A stretch of DNA of 64,000 nt, from assembly GCA_041576165.1 (NCBI GenBank), contig JBFGLM010000012.1, positions 1 to 64,000 on the forward strand, in the 5' to 3' direction. This document shows, in pieces, positions 1 to 9,248 of the stretch. How positions within the stretch are numbered: the first letter of the stretch is position 1; every line of letters starts with the position of its first letter. The position numbers and the translations under genes are program-made. Source of the stretch: Acidimicrobiia bacterium. Lineage in GTDB: Bacteria > Actinomycetota > Acidimicrobiia > Spongiisociales > Spongiisociaceae. A model generated the notes under the pieces. The model did no database searches. It saw only the letters and a list, made by a program, of their open reading frames with translations, and was not told the DNA's origin.

Positions 1-866
1 AGGTAGAAGGGGCTGATGATGAACAGGCCGCCAACAGCCACAAAGCTGAGCATCCCGGTGGCGATCCCGATCGAGAAGTCGATGTTCTCGAACATCGTCA
101 GGTCCAGCATCGGCTGGTGCACCCGGCGTTCGGTCATGATGAATGCAGCCCCAAACGCTCCGAACAACCCCAGCAGCAGGATTATCCCGCCCTGCGCAAA
201 GCCGGTTTCCTGTCCGATCGACAGCGCGAGCAACAGCGACAGCAACGCGGTCAGGAAGAGGACGGCGCCGCTGAAGTCGAAACGCTGTTCGCCGGCCGGC
301 CTGACATCGGGGATGTACCTCATCGACATCAGCGTCCCGACGACGCCGACCGGCAGGTTGACCAGAAAGATCCACCGCCAGCTGAGCGACTCCAGGATCA
401 GGCCACCGAGAGTTGGTCCGAGCACGATCCCGACCGACACCACTGCTCCGATCAGCCCGAGGACCTGGCCGCGCATCGTGGCCGGGAAGGCCTCGGTCAG
501 TATCGCCACTCCGAGCGCGATCACCATGGCACCGCCCACTGCCTGCAGGGCCCGCATGGAAATGAGCATGTAGACGTTCACCGAGAGCCCGGCTCCCACC
601 GAGAACACGGTGAAGACAACAAAGCCCATGGTGAAGATTCGCTTCTTGCCGATCATGTCGCCCACGCGCCCGACCAGCAGCGCAAGGGTCGCCTGCGTGA
701 GCAGATACGCCAGCACCACCCACTGCACCACGGCCGGCGGCGCGTCGAATTGCTCCGCCAGGGTCGGCAGGGCAACGTTGACGATCGAACCGTCGACCGT
801 CGACAGCAATACGGCCGACGCGACGGCAGCGAATGTCAGCCAGCGAGCGGAATCCTCCAGCTTCAA
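1..866 (-). CDS. MFS drug:H+ antiporter (DHA2/EmrB-QacA-like), runs off the left edge
   Basis: Not in the ORF track. Manual minus-strand translation gives LKLEDSARWLTFAAVASAVLLSTVDGSIVNVALPTL...VQWVVLAYLL...GRVGDMIGKKRIF...MRALQAVGGA, i.e. DHA2 motif D1 and MFS motif A. TTG start is tentative. Confidence 0.85.
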   Translation of the reverse strand, partial: MKLEDSARWLTFAAVASAVLLSTVDGSIVNVALPTLAEQFDAPPAVVQWVVLAYLLTQATLALLVGRVGDMIGKKRIFTMGFVVFTVFSVGAGLSVNVYMLISMRALQAVGGAMVIALGVAILTEAFPATMRGQVLGLIGAVVSVGIVLGPTLGGLILESLSWRWIFLVNLPVGVVGTLMSMRYIPDVRPAGEQRFDFSGAVLFLTALLSLLLALSIGQETGFAQGGIILLLGLFGAFGAAFIMTERRVHQPMLDLTMFENIDFSIGIATGMLSFVAVGGLFIISPFY

Positions 867-895
867 GTGGATTGCCTCGATCGGAGAGTTGCAGG

Positions 896-2344
896 CTAAC
901 TGCCGTTGTCCTCGAGCCGAGGCTCGGCTGCGCGCGCCCGGGCGGCGAGGACGGCCTGCACCTCGTCAATATCGGCCTCGCACACCTTCGATGCCCGCCA
1001 ATAGCAATAGCCGGTTGGAAGGAAGAACACCTGGAAGATCGCCAGGCCCACTGCAAAGTTCCACGGGCTGCGAAACACCGCCTCGAGCAGGTTGGCGGCG
1101 AGGCCGGTCAGACCGTTGCCCAACGATCGCCCCACGCCGTTGACCAGATTCCCGAGGCCGAAAACCGTTCCCCGGTGCTCCGGCAGGTTCACATCGGTGA
1201 TCAGGGCAAACCAGTTGGGTGAGTCGGCCGACGTGAAGGCCAGGGCGCCGATCGACAGGACGAAGCTGGCTGCGACCCACGGATTCGTGACGATCGCAGC
1301 CAACGTGGCGAGGACGATGGCCATCGTGCCATCGTCGGTCGGAATCTCGAGGCCGCGCAACGGCACAAAGAAGAACAACAGAAAGAATGGGATCGCACCA
1401 GTGATGCCGATCGCGCTGATGATCGCCCGGGCACGTTTCGAACGCAGCTGCATCCGGTCGCCCAGATGACCGGCCGCGATCGACGTCAGCCCGCCGAGTT
1501 GGAAGATCGCGCCGAACAGCGCTCCCACAGTGGTGGCCACTGCAAGTTCGTAGCCCTCGTCGGCCACTTTGGCCTGATAGAGCAACGGCACCCAGATCAA
1601 AGAGCCGTAGGCGATCTGTGCAGTGAATCCCTGGATGATCAGCCACCGATTCGTGTTCCTTCGCAACAGCTTCGGTACGTCCGAGGCGTCGATCTTCCAG
1701 TCGTAGGTGCCACCTTCAGCGAAGAGGTGCTCCAGTGCCGGCTCCGACCTGCCGCGCGGGGCATCGAATGTGGTCAGGTAGAGGAGCGCACATGCCAGCC
1801 CCGCGGCGGCGACCACGAAGAAGGGGATCCGCCAGTCTTCATTCCCTAAGAACCCAGCGAGGAGCAGGCCGACGAGGCCGCCGATACCCTGCGACAGGCC
1901 CCAGAAACTCATCGCCAGGCCCCGGCGGGCGGGCGGGATGAAGTCGCTGATCACGCTGAAACCGACAGACGCAATCGAACCGAGTCCTACTGCAGTCACC
2001 ACCGAGTAAACGAGCAGCTGCCACACCGACTGCGAAAGACCGGAACCGACCAGGCCGGCCGCCCAGATCAAGGTGCCCCAAAACAGCAATCGCTTGCGGC
2101 TCGAGCGGTCACCCCAAAAACCCCAGCCGACCGCAACGACGGCCGTCACCAGAATCAGCGCAGCCGTCACACCGCCGAGGGTGCCTTCCGACGTGCCAAG
2201 GTCAACCGACATCACCCTGATCAGGGTCGGTATGAGCGCCGCAGCGGCGTTGTCCAGCGAAGCCAGCACCACGAACACCACCACCGTGTAGACGATGTGG
2301 GCGGGCGAGCCCCACCATCGGGGCCGGTACCCGGCGGCAAACAT
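896..2344 (-). CDS. MFS transporter
   Basis: About 12 hydrophobic segments; motif A variants GFWGDRSSRKR and GHLGDRM. Start uncertain (ORF open to 2593). Confidence 0.8.
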   Translation of the reverse strand: MFAAGYRPRWWGSPAHIVYTVVVFVVLASLDNAAAALIPTLIRVMSVDLGTSEGTLGGVTAALILVTAVVAVGWGFWGDRSSRKRLLFWGTLIWAAGLVGSGLSQSVWQLLVYSVVTAVGLGSIASVGFSVISDFIPPARRGLAMSFWGLSQGIGGLVGLLLAGFLGNEDWRIPFFVVAAAGLACALLYLTTFDAPRGRSEPALEHLFAEGGTYDWKIDASDVPKLLRRNTNRWLIIQGFTAQIAYGSLIWVPLLYQAKVADEGYELAVATTVGALFGAIFQLGGLTSIAAGHLGDRMQLRSKRARAIISAIGITGAIPFFLLFFFVPLRGLEIPTDDGTMAIVLATLAAIVTNPWVAASFVLSIGALAFTSADSPNWFALITDVNLPEHRGTVFGLGNLVNGVGRSLGNGLTGLAANLLEAVFRSPWNFAVGLAIFQVFFLPTGYCYWRASKVCEADIDEVQAVLAARARAAEPRLEDNGS

Positions 2345-2607
2345 GGCCGGGAGTCTGGGCGCGGTTCGTGCGGATGTCCATTTGCCGGGCCGGGGGCTCA
2401 GCCGGCGGCGGCCGTGGCTAAGCCCCGGATCACCGTACGATTTGGACCAACCGAACATGGCCGTCCAGTGATCACTCCGCTTGTCTCCGCTCCCGGCCGA
2501 CTCGCAGCTTTCGTGCCGGCTACCGGCAGCCCCTGCGAGCATCGGGTTCGAGTTGCTAGGCCCGTCGCCGTCGGGTTCGATGGGACCGTGCACTGCTGGG
2601 GGCGGGT

Positions 2608-4857
2608 ATGAGTGAAGGTGGCCGGGTCTTTCGGAGCGATCCCCCGCGCCTGCTCCTCGCCCTGGCCGTGATTGTCATCGGCGTGGCGCTCTGGCAGCTT
2701 GCGTCCGGCATCCGGGGAGGCTCCGAAGAGGAACCCGAGGCGACCGTGGCCACCCTGGCCCAACCGGATCTCGACCCCCAGACCCTCGACCGGGGCTGGG
2801 TTCGGATCGATCTTCCCGGGCGGGCGCCTCTGGAGCATCTGCAGCTGGTCGACGCCACGCTCTACGCCGCTGGTTGGAACGCCTTCGAATCTCAGACGGA
2901 GGTGTGGCGATCGGTCAACGGCCGAGAGTGGCAGCGGGTCCCGGATCCGAACGGCGTGTTCGTCGACGCGATCATCAACGACTTCATTGCGGTTGACGGC
3001 GTGGTGGTGGCAGTCGGGGCGGGCCATACCGTCGGCGCCGGCGGTGATGTCGTGCGGCCGGTGGTGTGGCGCTCACAAGACGGCGCATCTTTCACCCGTC
3101 TCAGCGACGAACGGGTGAAGACGGATTCGGGCTCCGACCTGCCGACCGGTGGAGGCTTCGAAGCGGTCGCCCAGGTTGGCGGGCGGCTGGTCGCCGTCGG
3201 TTGGCAGGGTGAGGGGAGGCTGCGGGCGCCGGGCGCCGAGAGCCTCGGCGGTGTTTGGGTATCCGAGTTTGGAGACACATGGGAGCTGGCGTTCGAGGAC
3301 CCGGAGCTGCTCGGAGGTCCGGGCACGACGGTGCACGACGTAGCCGTCACTGATGACGGTGTTGCCGTGGCCGCGGGTAGCTCCGAGGGAATCGCGAAAG
3401 TCTGGGAATCGACAGACGGTGTCACCTGGGTTGCCTCGAGTGATGAAGCGGCGCTGGCATTTCGTGGACCGGGTGATTGGGAGGCGACGGCGGTAGCCGT
3501 CAGCCCGCCGCGCGCCCTGGTGCTGGGAACATCGCGGAACGGTACTGAGGCTGCCGTGCTGCGGATGTGGTCGCAAAGAGATGGGGTGTGGGCTCCGGTG
3601 GCGATTCCGGAGCTGGCGGATGTGACGCTCGTGTCGGTGTCCGATCTGCGCCCCGGGTTCCTGGCTGTGGGCTCGCGAGCGTTGCCGAGCCAGCGGACGG
3701 CGGCGGGAATGTGGGCGAGTCCTGACGGGGCCGACTGGTCGCGTGTAGACGTCGAGGACGCGCCGGTGGATGAGACCGCGCTCTTGGACGTGGCGGTGCA
3801 TCCGTCCGGACTGGTTGCGGTGGGAGCAGTGTTCGACCAACCGGCAGCCTGGTACCGGCCCCGGGAGGGTGGAGACGAAGAAGATGTGGCTGCCGGCGCC
3901 CCGTTGCCGCCGCCGGCCTGGGCGACGATCTTCCAAGAGCAAGAGCCTTCTCGGACTGCTCCTCGCGAACTGATCAACGCGGGCGGGATGACATTCGGTC
4001 TCTCCGATACCCGGACGCTGTGGGCGTCCCTGGATGGAAGGGCCTGGGCCCCCGGTCGGTTCGACGACATCGGGCTGGCCGCCGCCGACGAGGTCGTGGC
4101 GATAGTCGGAGGCGGTGATGGTCCATTCGTCCTCATCGGGGACGGCGACCAGCCCGGAGTGTGGCTTTCCGGCGACGGATCGACCTGGACGCCGCCTACC
4201 AAGGCACCACCTTGCTGTATCCGGGCGGTTTTCCCCCGAAACGATGGCGGCTTTCGGGCACTGGGGCAGGATCCGGCGGACAACGCCTGGTTCCTTGCCG
4301 TGTCAGAAGACGGAACGACCTGGGCGGTCAATCCGGAATTGCCCGACCTGTTGGATCCCATGATCTGGGAGTTCGCCCACATCGGCGCCATCGACCTCGT
4401 GTGGACTTCGGATGGGACCGAAACCAGGGCGTGGAGCTCCGCCGACGGCATCAGCTGGACGACGGTGGACGTACCCGAGGTAACCCGCTGGACCAACGTC
4501 TGGAGCATCGGTGGGGTCGTCTATGCCGCTGCCCAGACGCCTGCAGGCGCCGCGCTGTACCGCACCAACGGCGTGCGATGGGACCCCGTCGACCTGGAGG
4601 GCATCGACCTGGCCGCTACCTCGATACGAGGGGTGGCCGCCCTCGAGAACTCGCTGGCACTGGTGATCAGCCAGCCCGGTCGGCCGCAACGGCTCTACCA
4701 GGTGTTGGATGGCGCCCTCCCGGTCGAGATTCCGCTCGCCGGCACCCGCGGCTTCGGCGGCCTGTGGGCGGCATTGGTCCCCGACGGCGAACAGCTGCGA
4801 GTGGTGGGGCCGGCCCACGGGCGAATGACGGTATGGGAATGGGTCCCAGCCGAATGA
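2608..4857 (+). CDS. Membrane-anchored extracellular repeat protein, probable double beta-propeller (Asp-box/BNR-like)
   Basis: N-terminal TM followed by many W-x-S-x-D-G-x-x-W repeats (WRSVNGREW, WESTDGVTW, WASPDGADW, WLSGDGSTW, WSSADGISW). Confidence 0.75.
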   Translation: MSEGGRVFRSDPPRLLLALAVIVIGVALWQLASGIRGGSEEEPEATVATLAQPDLDPQTLDRGWVRIDLPGRAPLEHLQLVDATLYAAGWNAFESQTEVWRSVNGREWQRVPDPNGVFVDAIINDFIAVDGVVVAVGAGHTVGAGGDVVRPVVWRSQDGASFTRLSDERVKTDSGSDLPTGGGFEAVAQVGGRLVAVGWQGEGRLRAPGAESLGGVWVSEFGDTWELAFEDPELLGGPGTTVHDVAVTDDGVAVAAGSSEGIAKVWESTDGVTWVASSDEAALAFRGPGDWEATAVAVSPPRALVLGTSRNGTEAAVLRMWSQRDGVWAPVAIPELADVTLVSVSDLRPGFLAVGSRALPSQRTAAGMWASPDGADWSRVDVEDAPVDETALLDVAVHPSGLVAVGAVFDQPAAWYRPREGGDEEDVAAGAPLPPPAWATIFQEQEPSRTAPRELINAGGMTFGLSDTRTLWASLDGRAWAPGRFDDIGLAAADEVVAIVGGGDGPFVLIGDGDQPGVWLSGDGSTWTPPTKAPPCCIRAVFPRNDGGFRALGQDPADNAWFLAVSEDGTTWAVNPELPDLLDPMIWEFAHIGAIDLVWTSDGTETRAWSSADGISWTTVDVPEVTRWTNVWSIGGVVYAAAQTPAGAALYRTNGVRWDPVDLEGIDLAATSIRGVAALENSLALVISQPGRPQRLYQVLDGALPVEIPLAGTRGFGGLWAALVPDGEQLRVVGPAHGRMTVWEWVPAE

Positions 4858-5031
4858 TGCAGATCCAGCCGGCCACTCCGGCGCGGGTCGGTGCTGCCCG
4901 ATGCGGTCGGGCGGCTTCGCGACGGTGCAGGCAGAATACGCGGGATGGCCGTCGCTTCTCGAGGTGTTGCCGACCGCCGTCTACCCATGGTGGCGACGCC
5001 CCGCCGGCCTGGCGGCCCACTACCCCGCGAG

Positions 5032-5056
5032 GGAGCGCCGCCAACGGCGGCGCTCC
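5032..5056. terminator. Perfect 11-bp hairpin between convergent genes
   Basis: GGAGCGCCGCC-AAC-GGCGGCGCTCC; no long U-tract, which is common in Actinobacteria. Confidence 0.55.
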
Positions 5057-5090
5057 GAACGATTTGATCGGACGGTTTCCCGACCGGGGC

Positions 5091-5282
5091 TCAAGCTTCG
5101 ATTGCGACTCCGCGATTACGCGGAAACCGAACCGGGCTGTGCGAGTAGCAGAACGGTCCGCGGTTGTACGTGGACAGCTTGGTCTCACAGTCGGTGTCGG
5201 CGCAGTAGCGCGACTCATCGAAGGTCTTGGGCTTGCGGCCTTTCATTCGCCGCCACGCCCGCAGCGTACCCTGGCTTTCCAT
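5091..5282 (-). CDS. Small basic protein with C-x4-C...C-x2-H putative zinc site
   Basis: 63 aa, ...YCADTDCETKLSTYNRGPFCYSH...; GGAG SD 5 nt before ATG; upstream -10-like CATAAT. Confidence 0.65.
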   Translation of the reverse strand: MESQGTLRAWRRMKGRKPKTFDESRYCADTDCETKLSTYNRGPFCYSHSPVRFPRNRGVAIEA

Positions 5283-5400
5283 TGTGTCTCCGTTTCTCCG
5301 CCCCCTGGTGGGCGGTCCCCCTCACGGAATCGGACGTTCCTGGCGTCGATCCGTTGGTCGGAATATTCTCTCCCAAAATCCGGGAGCTGACTAGACCCAT

Positions 5401-5416
5401 TATGACATATCTCACA
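5401..5416. promoter_or_regulatory. CRP/GlxR-type palindrome overlapping a -10 element
   Basis: TATGA-CATATC-TCACA has 1 mismatch to TGTGA-N6-TCACA and overlaps minus-strand CATAAT at 5399-5404. Confidence 0.5.
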
Positions 5417-5434
5417 GTGGCTAGTTCACCACGC

Positions 5435-5914
5435 TCAGTATTTGACCACTCTTTGTAGCTGAGCTGTCAAGTGTCGCTGCAATGGGTGGTCAAGCGCTTC
5501 CATTTCGACCTCGTAGACCAGGTCTGCTTCGCCCAGTGTGAGGACGCGACGGAGATGAGTGACCTTCTTGGCAGTTGGTGTACGGGCCAGGGTCGTCGTC
5601 TCGAGCATCAGCGTCCGGCCGGTGAGGTGACCTGCATAGATCTCGACGAATCCCGATGGCTGGGCCATGACCCACTCCCAGCTACCGCGCTCGCCCGGTC
5701 GCAGGTAGCCCGACTCCACGTGGAGCGGTCGATCGTCGACGGCCGACCAGGTCATTTGGCGATACGCGAGGAACGGCTTTCCTGGAGGGTTGCTGAAGCT
5801 CACCTCTTCCCGGTAGTCGAAGGGGGCGATTGTGGGATATTCACCCCGACCCGTTCCCCGCCAGTCGCCGACCAGGAGATGGAGGGACGCCAGCCCGGGG
5901 TGAAGGTCGGACAC
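5435..5914 (-). CDS. FABP/nitrobindin-family heme-binding beta-barrel protein
   Basis: LVGDWRGTGRGEYPTI..F.Y.EE, PLHVESGYLR and C-terminal LQRHLTAQL with the heme-ligand His. GTG start at 5914. Confidence 0.85.
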   Translation of the reverse strand: MSDLHPGLASLHLLVGDWRGTGRGEYPTIAPFDYREEVSFSNPPGKPFLAYRQMTWSAVDDRPLHVESGYLRPGERGSWEWVMAQPSGFVEIYAGHLTGRTLMLETTTLARTPTAKKVTHLRRVLTLGEADLVYEVEMEALDHPLQRHLTAQLQRVVKY

Positions 5915-5925
5915 GGTTCCCCCGC

Positions 5926-6393
5926 TCAGAGGTAGACCCCGGGGTAATCGCCCTGGTCGCCGGGTTCGCCCCCGCTCTGGCTGCGCACGTCGAGCACTTG
6001 GCGTTGGGCCGCGGCGTGCTGGCTGTACAGGCTCGCCTGGATCCCGTGGAACAGCCCTTCCAGCCATCCCACCAGCTGCGCCTGCGCGAGCCGTAGCTCG
6101 GATTCCGAAGGTGGACCTGACTGCTGGCGCAGGGGCAGGAAGATGCCATCCAGTTCGCGGCGTAAGCCGTCCGACACGACGCTCCGCAGCTGCTCCATGG
6201 AGCGCTCGTGGATCTGAAGCAGGCGCCTTCGTCCCCCCTCATCGGGCGGGGCTTGACGCACCTCGTCGAGCATCGCCTTTGTCATCGACGCCAGTCGTAT
6301 GAGCTTGGTCGGCTCGGAGATATTCGGCTCGGCGGACTCGTCGTGGGCGAGAACCTCCGGCTGAACTGATGCTACGGGTTCGGATGTCGACAC
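5926..6393 (-). CDS. bpa: Bacterial proteasome activator Bpa (PafE)
   Basis: EPTKLIRLASM..MLDEVR, SESELRLAQAQLVGWLEGLFHGIQ and C-terminal HbYX tail GVYL (canonical GQYL). Confidence 0.92.
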   Translation of the reverse strand: MSTSEPVASVQPEVLAHDESAEPNISEPTKLIRLASMTKAMLDEVRQAPPDEGGRRRLLQIHERSMEQLRSVVSDGLRRELDGIFLPLRQQSGPPSESELRLAQAQLVGWLEGLFHGIQASLYSQHAAAQRQVLDVRSQSGGEPGDQGDYPGVYL

Positions 6394-6493
6394 TGCTACC
6401 TCGTGCGGCGCGGGCAAAACCTGAGATTAGTTCATCCCGAGGAGACGCTCGCAACTGGACGCCGAGTGTCGTAAACTATTGCTACATAACCTG

Positions 6494-6538
6494 GGGTCGG
6501 CCCCGGGCGCGCATCCGGAGATCTCCCGGGGCCGACCC
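6494..6538. repeat. 14-bp perfect inverted repeat in the leader of the HTH gene
   Basis: GGGTCGGCCCCGGG (6494-6507) / CCCGGGGCCGACCC (6525-6538). Confidence 0.7.
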
Positions 6539-6668
6539 GGGAAGCCCGCTCGGAGAACCGGTTCACGAAGAGAACCGCTGGAGAGGACGGCGAGGACGGT
6601 GACCAACCCGGCACGCGGAGACGGCTATGCGGTTGACTGTTCGCCCCGGTGTTCGCAGGGAGGTGCGC

Positions 6669-6899
6669 ATGGCCGCTGACGACGCAGACTATCCGCCCAT
6701 CATCGACGCCGCACAGGTGGCGGAGTTGCTGGGTATGAACGTTCAGATGGTCCGCAAATACGCGCGGGAAGGGCGAATCCCCGCCTACCGCCTGCCGGGG
6801 GGCCGGGCGTTCAAGTTCTTCCGCGACGAGATCTTCGACTTCTTGCGGCAACATCCCGTCGAGGCGGAGGTGGCGATGGAGGATGATCACGCCGGCTGA
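6669..6899 (+). CDS. Excisionase/BldC-like MerR-type winged-HTH DNA-binding protein
   Basis: IIDAAQVAELLGMNVQMVRKYAREGRIPAYRLPGG..FKF; SD GGAGG. Confidence 0.85.
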   Translation: MAADDADYPPIIDAAQVAELLGMNVQMVRKYAREGRIPAYRLPGGRAFKFFRDEIFDFLRQHPVEAEVAMEDDHAG

Positions 6900-6906
6900 T
6901 GCCGGG

Positions 6907-7773
6907 TCATCCCGCCTTGACGTGCCGGACGAACGAACGGTCGACCGCAGCCAGCTCTTGCGCAAATCCGGCGGCCGACCGGAACCGCTGGGCCGGATCT
7001 TGCGCCAGCGCCCGGCGGAGCGCCGACTCGACCGAGGCGGGGATGCGGACGAAGGAGCTGGCGGGCAATCGCGCCGAGGTCCGCCGGGCTACCGCGACGT
7101 CGAACGGAGAATCTCCCGTGAACGGCTGACGCCCCGTGATCATTTCGTACAGGGTGACGCCGAGCGCGTAGACATCACATTGCGGCCCGGGCGGCTCACC
7201 CAGCAGGCGCTCGGGCGACATGTAGTGAATCGACCCGAACACCGTCCCGTTCCCGGCAGCACCGATAGGGGTTGCGATGCCAAAGTCGGCGAGCTTCACC
7301 TGACCGTCATTACGGATCAGGATGTTTGCCGGTTTGACGTCGCAGTGGATTACGCCGCGGCCGTGAACATGCGAAAGCGCTCGAGCGAGTGCTCCCGCGA
7401 TGCGGATGGCTGTGCTTGGAGGAAGGTGGCCGCGGCGTAAGACTATGTCGAGGGATTCGCCTTCAACCCATTCGGTCACGAGGTACGGGCGGTTGGCGTT
7501 GGCGTCGGCGTCGACAACATCGACGACTGAGCGCTGGTGCATGGAGGCTGTGATGCGAATCTCGTTGGCGAACCGCCGGCGGGTCGTCTCGTCGCCGGCC
7601 GCCCGGGCGCGCAGTCGTTTGACGGCGACCGTCCGCCCCAGCAACAGATCCGTGGCCCGCCAGACCGAGGTGGTGTTCCCGATGGCGACGCGGGCGTCGA
7701 GGCGGTAGCGTCCGGAGCCGGTCGCTATCGGTCGGCGTTGTGCCCGTTGGTAACCGCGAACATCCGTGTTCAT
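6907..7773 (-). CDS. Hanks-type Ser/Thr protein kinase, catalytic domain only
   Basis: VAVKRL, IHCDVKPANIL, KLADFGIA, YMSPE, DVYALG; no TM or PASTA domain. Confidence 0.9.
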   Translation of the reverse strand: MNTDVRGYQRAQRRPIATGSGRYRLDARVAIGNTTSVWRATDLLLGRTVAVKRLRARAAGDETTRRRFANEIRITASMHQRSVVDVVDADANANRPYLVTEWVEGESLDIVLRRGHLPPSTAIRIAGALARALSHVHGRGVIHCDVKPANILIRNDGQVKLADFGIATPIGAAGNGTVFGSIHYMSPERLLGEPPGPQCDVYALGVTLYEMITGRQPFTGDSPFDVAVARRTSARLPASSFVRIPASVESALRRALAQDPAQRFRSAAGFAQELAAVDRSFVRHVKAG

Positions 7774-7926
7774 GGTTCCGGTCGCTCCCCCTGATGGTTT
7801 TCCACAGCCTTACTTACCCGCTGAAACCTACACGAGCAACCAAACGTTCGGCTGATACCCAAAAAATGAGTCGATCGACCCATTCGCGACCGCGCGGAGA
7901 GCGTGACGGCCCACCCTCGGTGGGAT

Positions 7927-9162
7927 CTAGCGGCAGGCGGCGACCAGCAGCGGGTAGGGGTTGATGTTCTCCTCGCCGTCGATCATCACCTCGAAGTGCA
8001 GATGGGGGCGCGCGCCCCGGGCGTTGCCACTATCGCCTACCCGACCAACGACCGTTCCCGCCGTAACCCGACCGCTGGCTCCGAACGAGGACATGTGGGT
8101 GCCGATATAGAGGTTTCCGTCGTCGCCGTACAGCCAGAACTGGACGCCGCCGACCGATCCCTCGACCTGCTCCACCACCCCGCTGACCGGCGCCAGCACC
8201 GCGGTACCGTTGGGGGCGAACATGTCGTTGCCCTGATGGAATCGGCCACCGGAGCGCGGGAAGCCCCAATCGTTGAAGAACCGGGCCCCGGGTACCGGGC
8301 ACTGGAATCCGCCCGGCACCGCCAACCGCCGGCCGGCCCGGATCAGATTCGGGTTGGAGATCCCGTTCAGGTCCGCAAGCCGGCGCACCGTGGTGTTGTA
8401 GCGGGCGGCGATCTCCCCCAGCGTCTCACCTCTGACCACCAAATGACTGCCGCCCGATGACGTTGCTGGCTCGTAACTCGGACCCGGTGTGAGCCGGAGC
8501 CGGGTTCCCTCGAAGATCACGCTGTCGGGGCGCATCCCGTTGGCAGCGGCCAGAGTGTCCACGTCCAACCCGTGGGCAGCCGCGATCGAAGCGAGGGATT
8601 CGCCCCGCCGCACCAGGTGGTACCGCGGGGCGACCTCGCTGTTGGCGCCAGCCTCGGGGCCGGGAATCACTAATTGCTGACCGATCTTGATCAGATTGGC
8701 GTTGCGGAGTCCGTTGGCGTCGACGATGGCCGCCACCGTGGTCTTGAACGTGACGGCGATCGCGCCCACCGTGTCACCCGACACGACAATGTGAATCTGG
8801 TCGCTGCTCGGGATCGTCAGACGCTGGCCGATGAGGATGAGGTCGGGGTTCGCCAGACCGTTGGCGTCGGTGAGAGCCGCGACGGTGGTGTCGTGTTTGG
8901 CGGCTATCTCGGCGAGCGTCTCTCCGGGCCGCACGATGTGCACCCCGCCCCCTGCAACAGCGACGGCCAGTGCCATGATCACGAAGACGAAGGTGGCCCT
9001 CAGCCGGCGCCGCCACCACGCGTCGGCCGGGGTGTCCGACCGGGCCTGGTCATCGGGCTCACGCGGCGCCGATCCCGGAGCGCCTACTCCGTTGGGCTGG
9101 GTTGGCTCGAGGCGCACAGCGGCGCAGGCGTCGCCGGCTATGGCATTCTGGAGCGCGGGCAT
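7927..9162 (-). CDS. LysM-repeat (x4) M23 family peptidoglycan endopeptidase
   Basis: Four H.V..GETL..IA..N.L LysM repeats; M23 motifs HQGND and PHLHFE; SD GGAGG before ATG 9162. Confidence 0.9.
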   Translation of the reverse strand: MPALQNAIAGDACAAVRLEPTQPNGVGAPGSAPREPDDQARSDTPADAWWRRRLRATFVFVIMALAVAVAGGGVHIVRPGETLAEIAAKHDTTVAALTDANGLANPDLILIGQRLTIPSSDQIHIVVSGDTVGAIAVTFKTTVAAIVDANGLRNANLIKIGQQLVIPGPEAGANSEVAPRYHLVRRGESLASIAAAHGLDVDTLAAANGMRPDSVIFEGTRLRLTPGPSYEPATSSGGSHLVVRGETLGEIAARYNTTVRRLADLNGISNPNLIRAGRRLAVPGGFQCPVPGARFFNDWGFPRSGGRFHQGNDMFAPNGTAVLAPVSGVVEQVEGSVGGVQFWLYGDDGNLYIGTHMSSFGASGRVTAGTVVGRVGDSGNARGARPHLHFEVMIDGEENINPYPLLVAACR

Positions 9163-9248
9163 ACAAAGTCCTCCACGGCTCCGCCCGCATAAACAGGCTA
9201 TCCATGATGCGCCAAAGCGCAAGAAGAGATTTCGCGATCTTCGCTCGT

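Noticed and set aside
6669-6899. Prophage or ICE suggested by the excisionase-like gene
   Set aside because: No integrase, att repeats, or phage/transfer genes nearby.
7798-7806. Single DnaA-box match TTTTCCACA upstream of the kinase
   Set aside because: Isolated and not the preferred actinobacterial form; could be chance.
9163-9248. c-di-AMP riboswitch expected before a LysM/M23 gene
   Set aside because: Spacer is too short and lacks the ydaO motifs.
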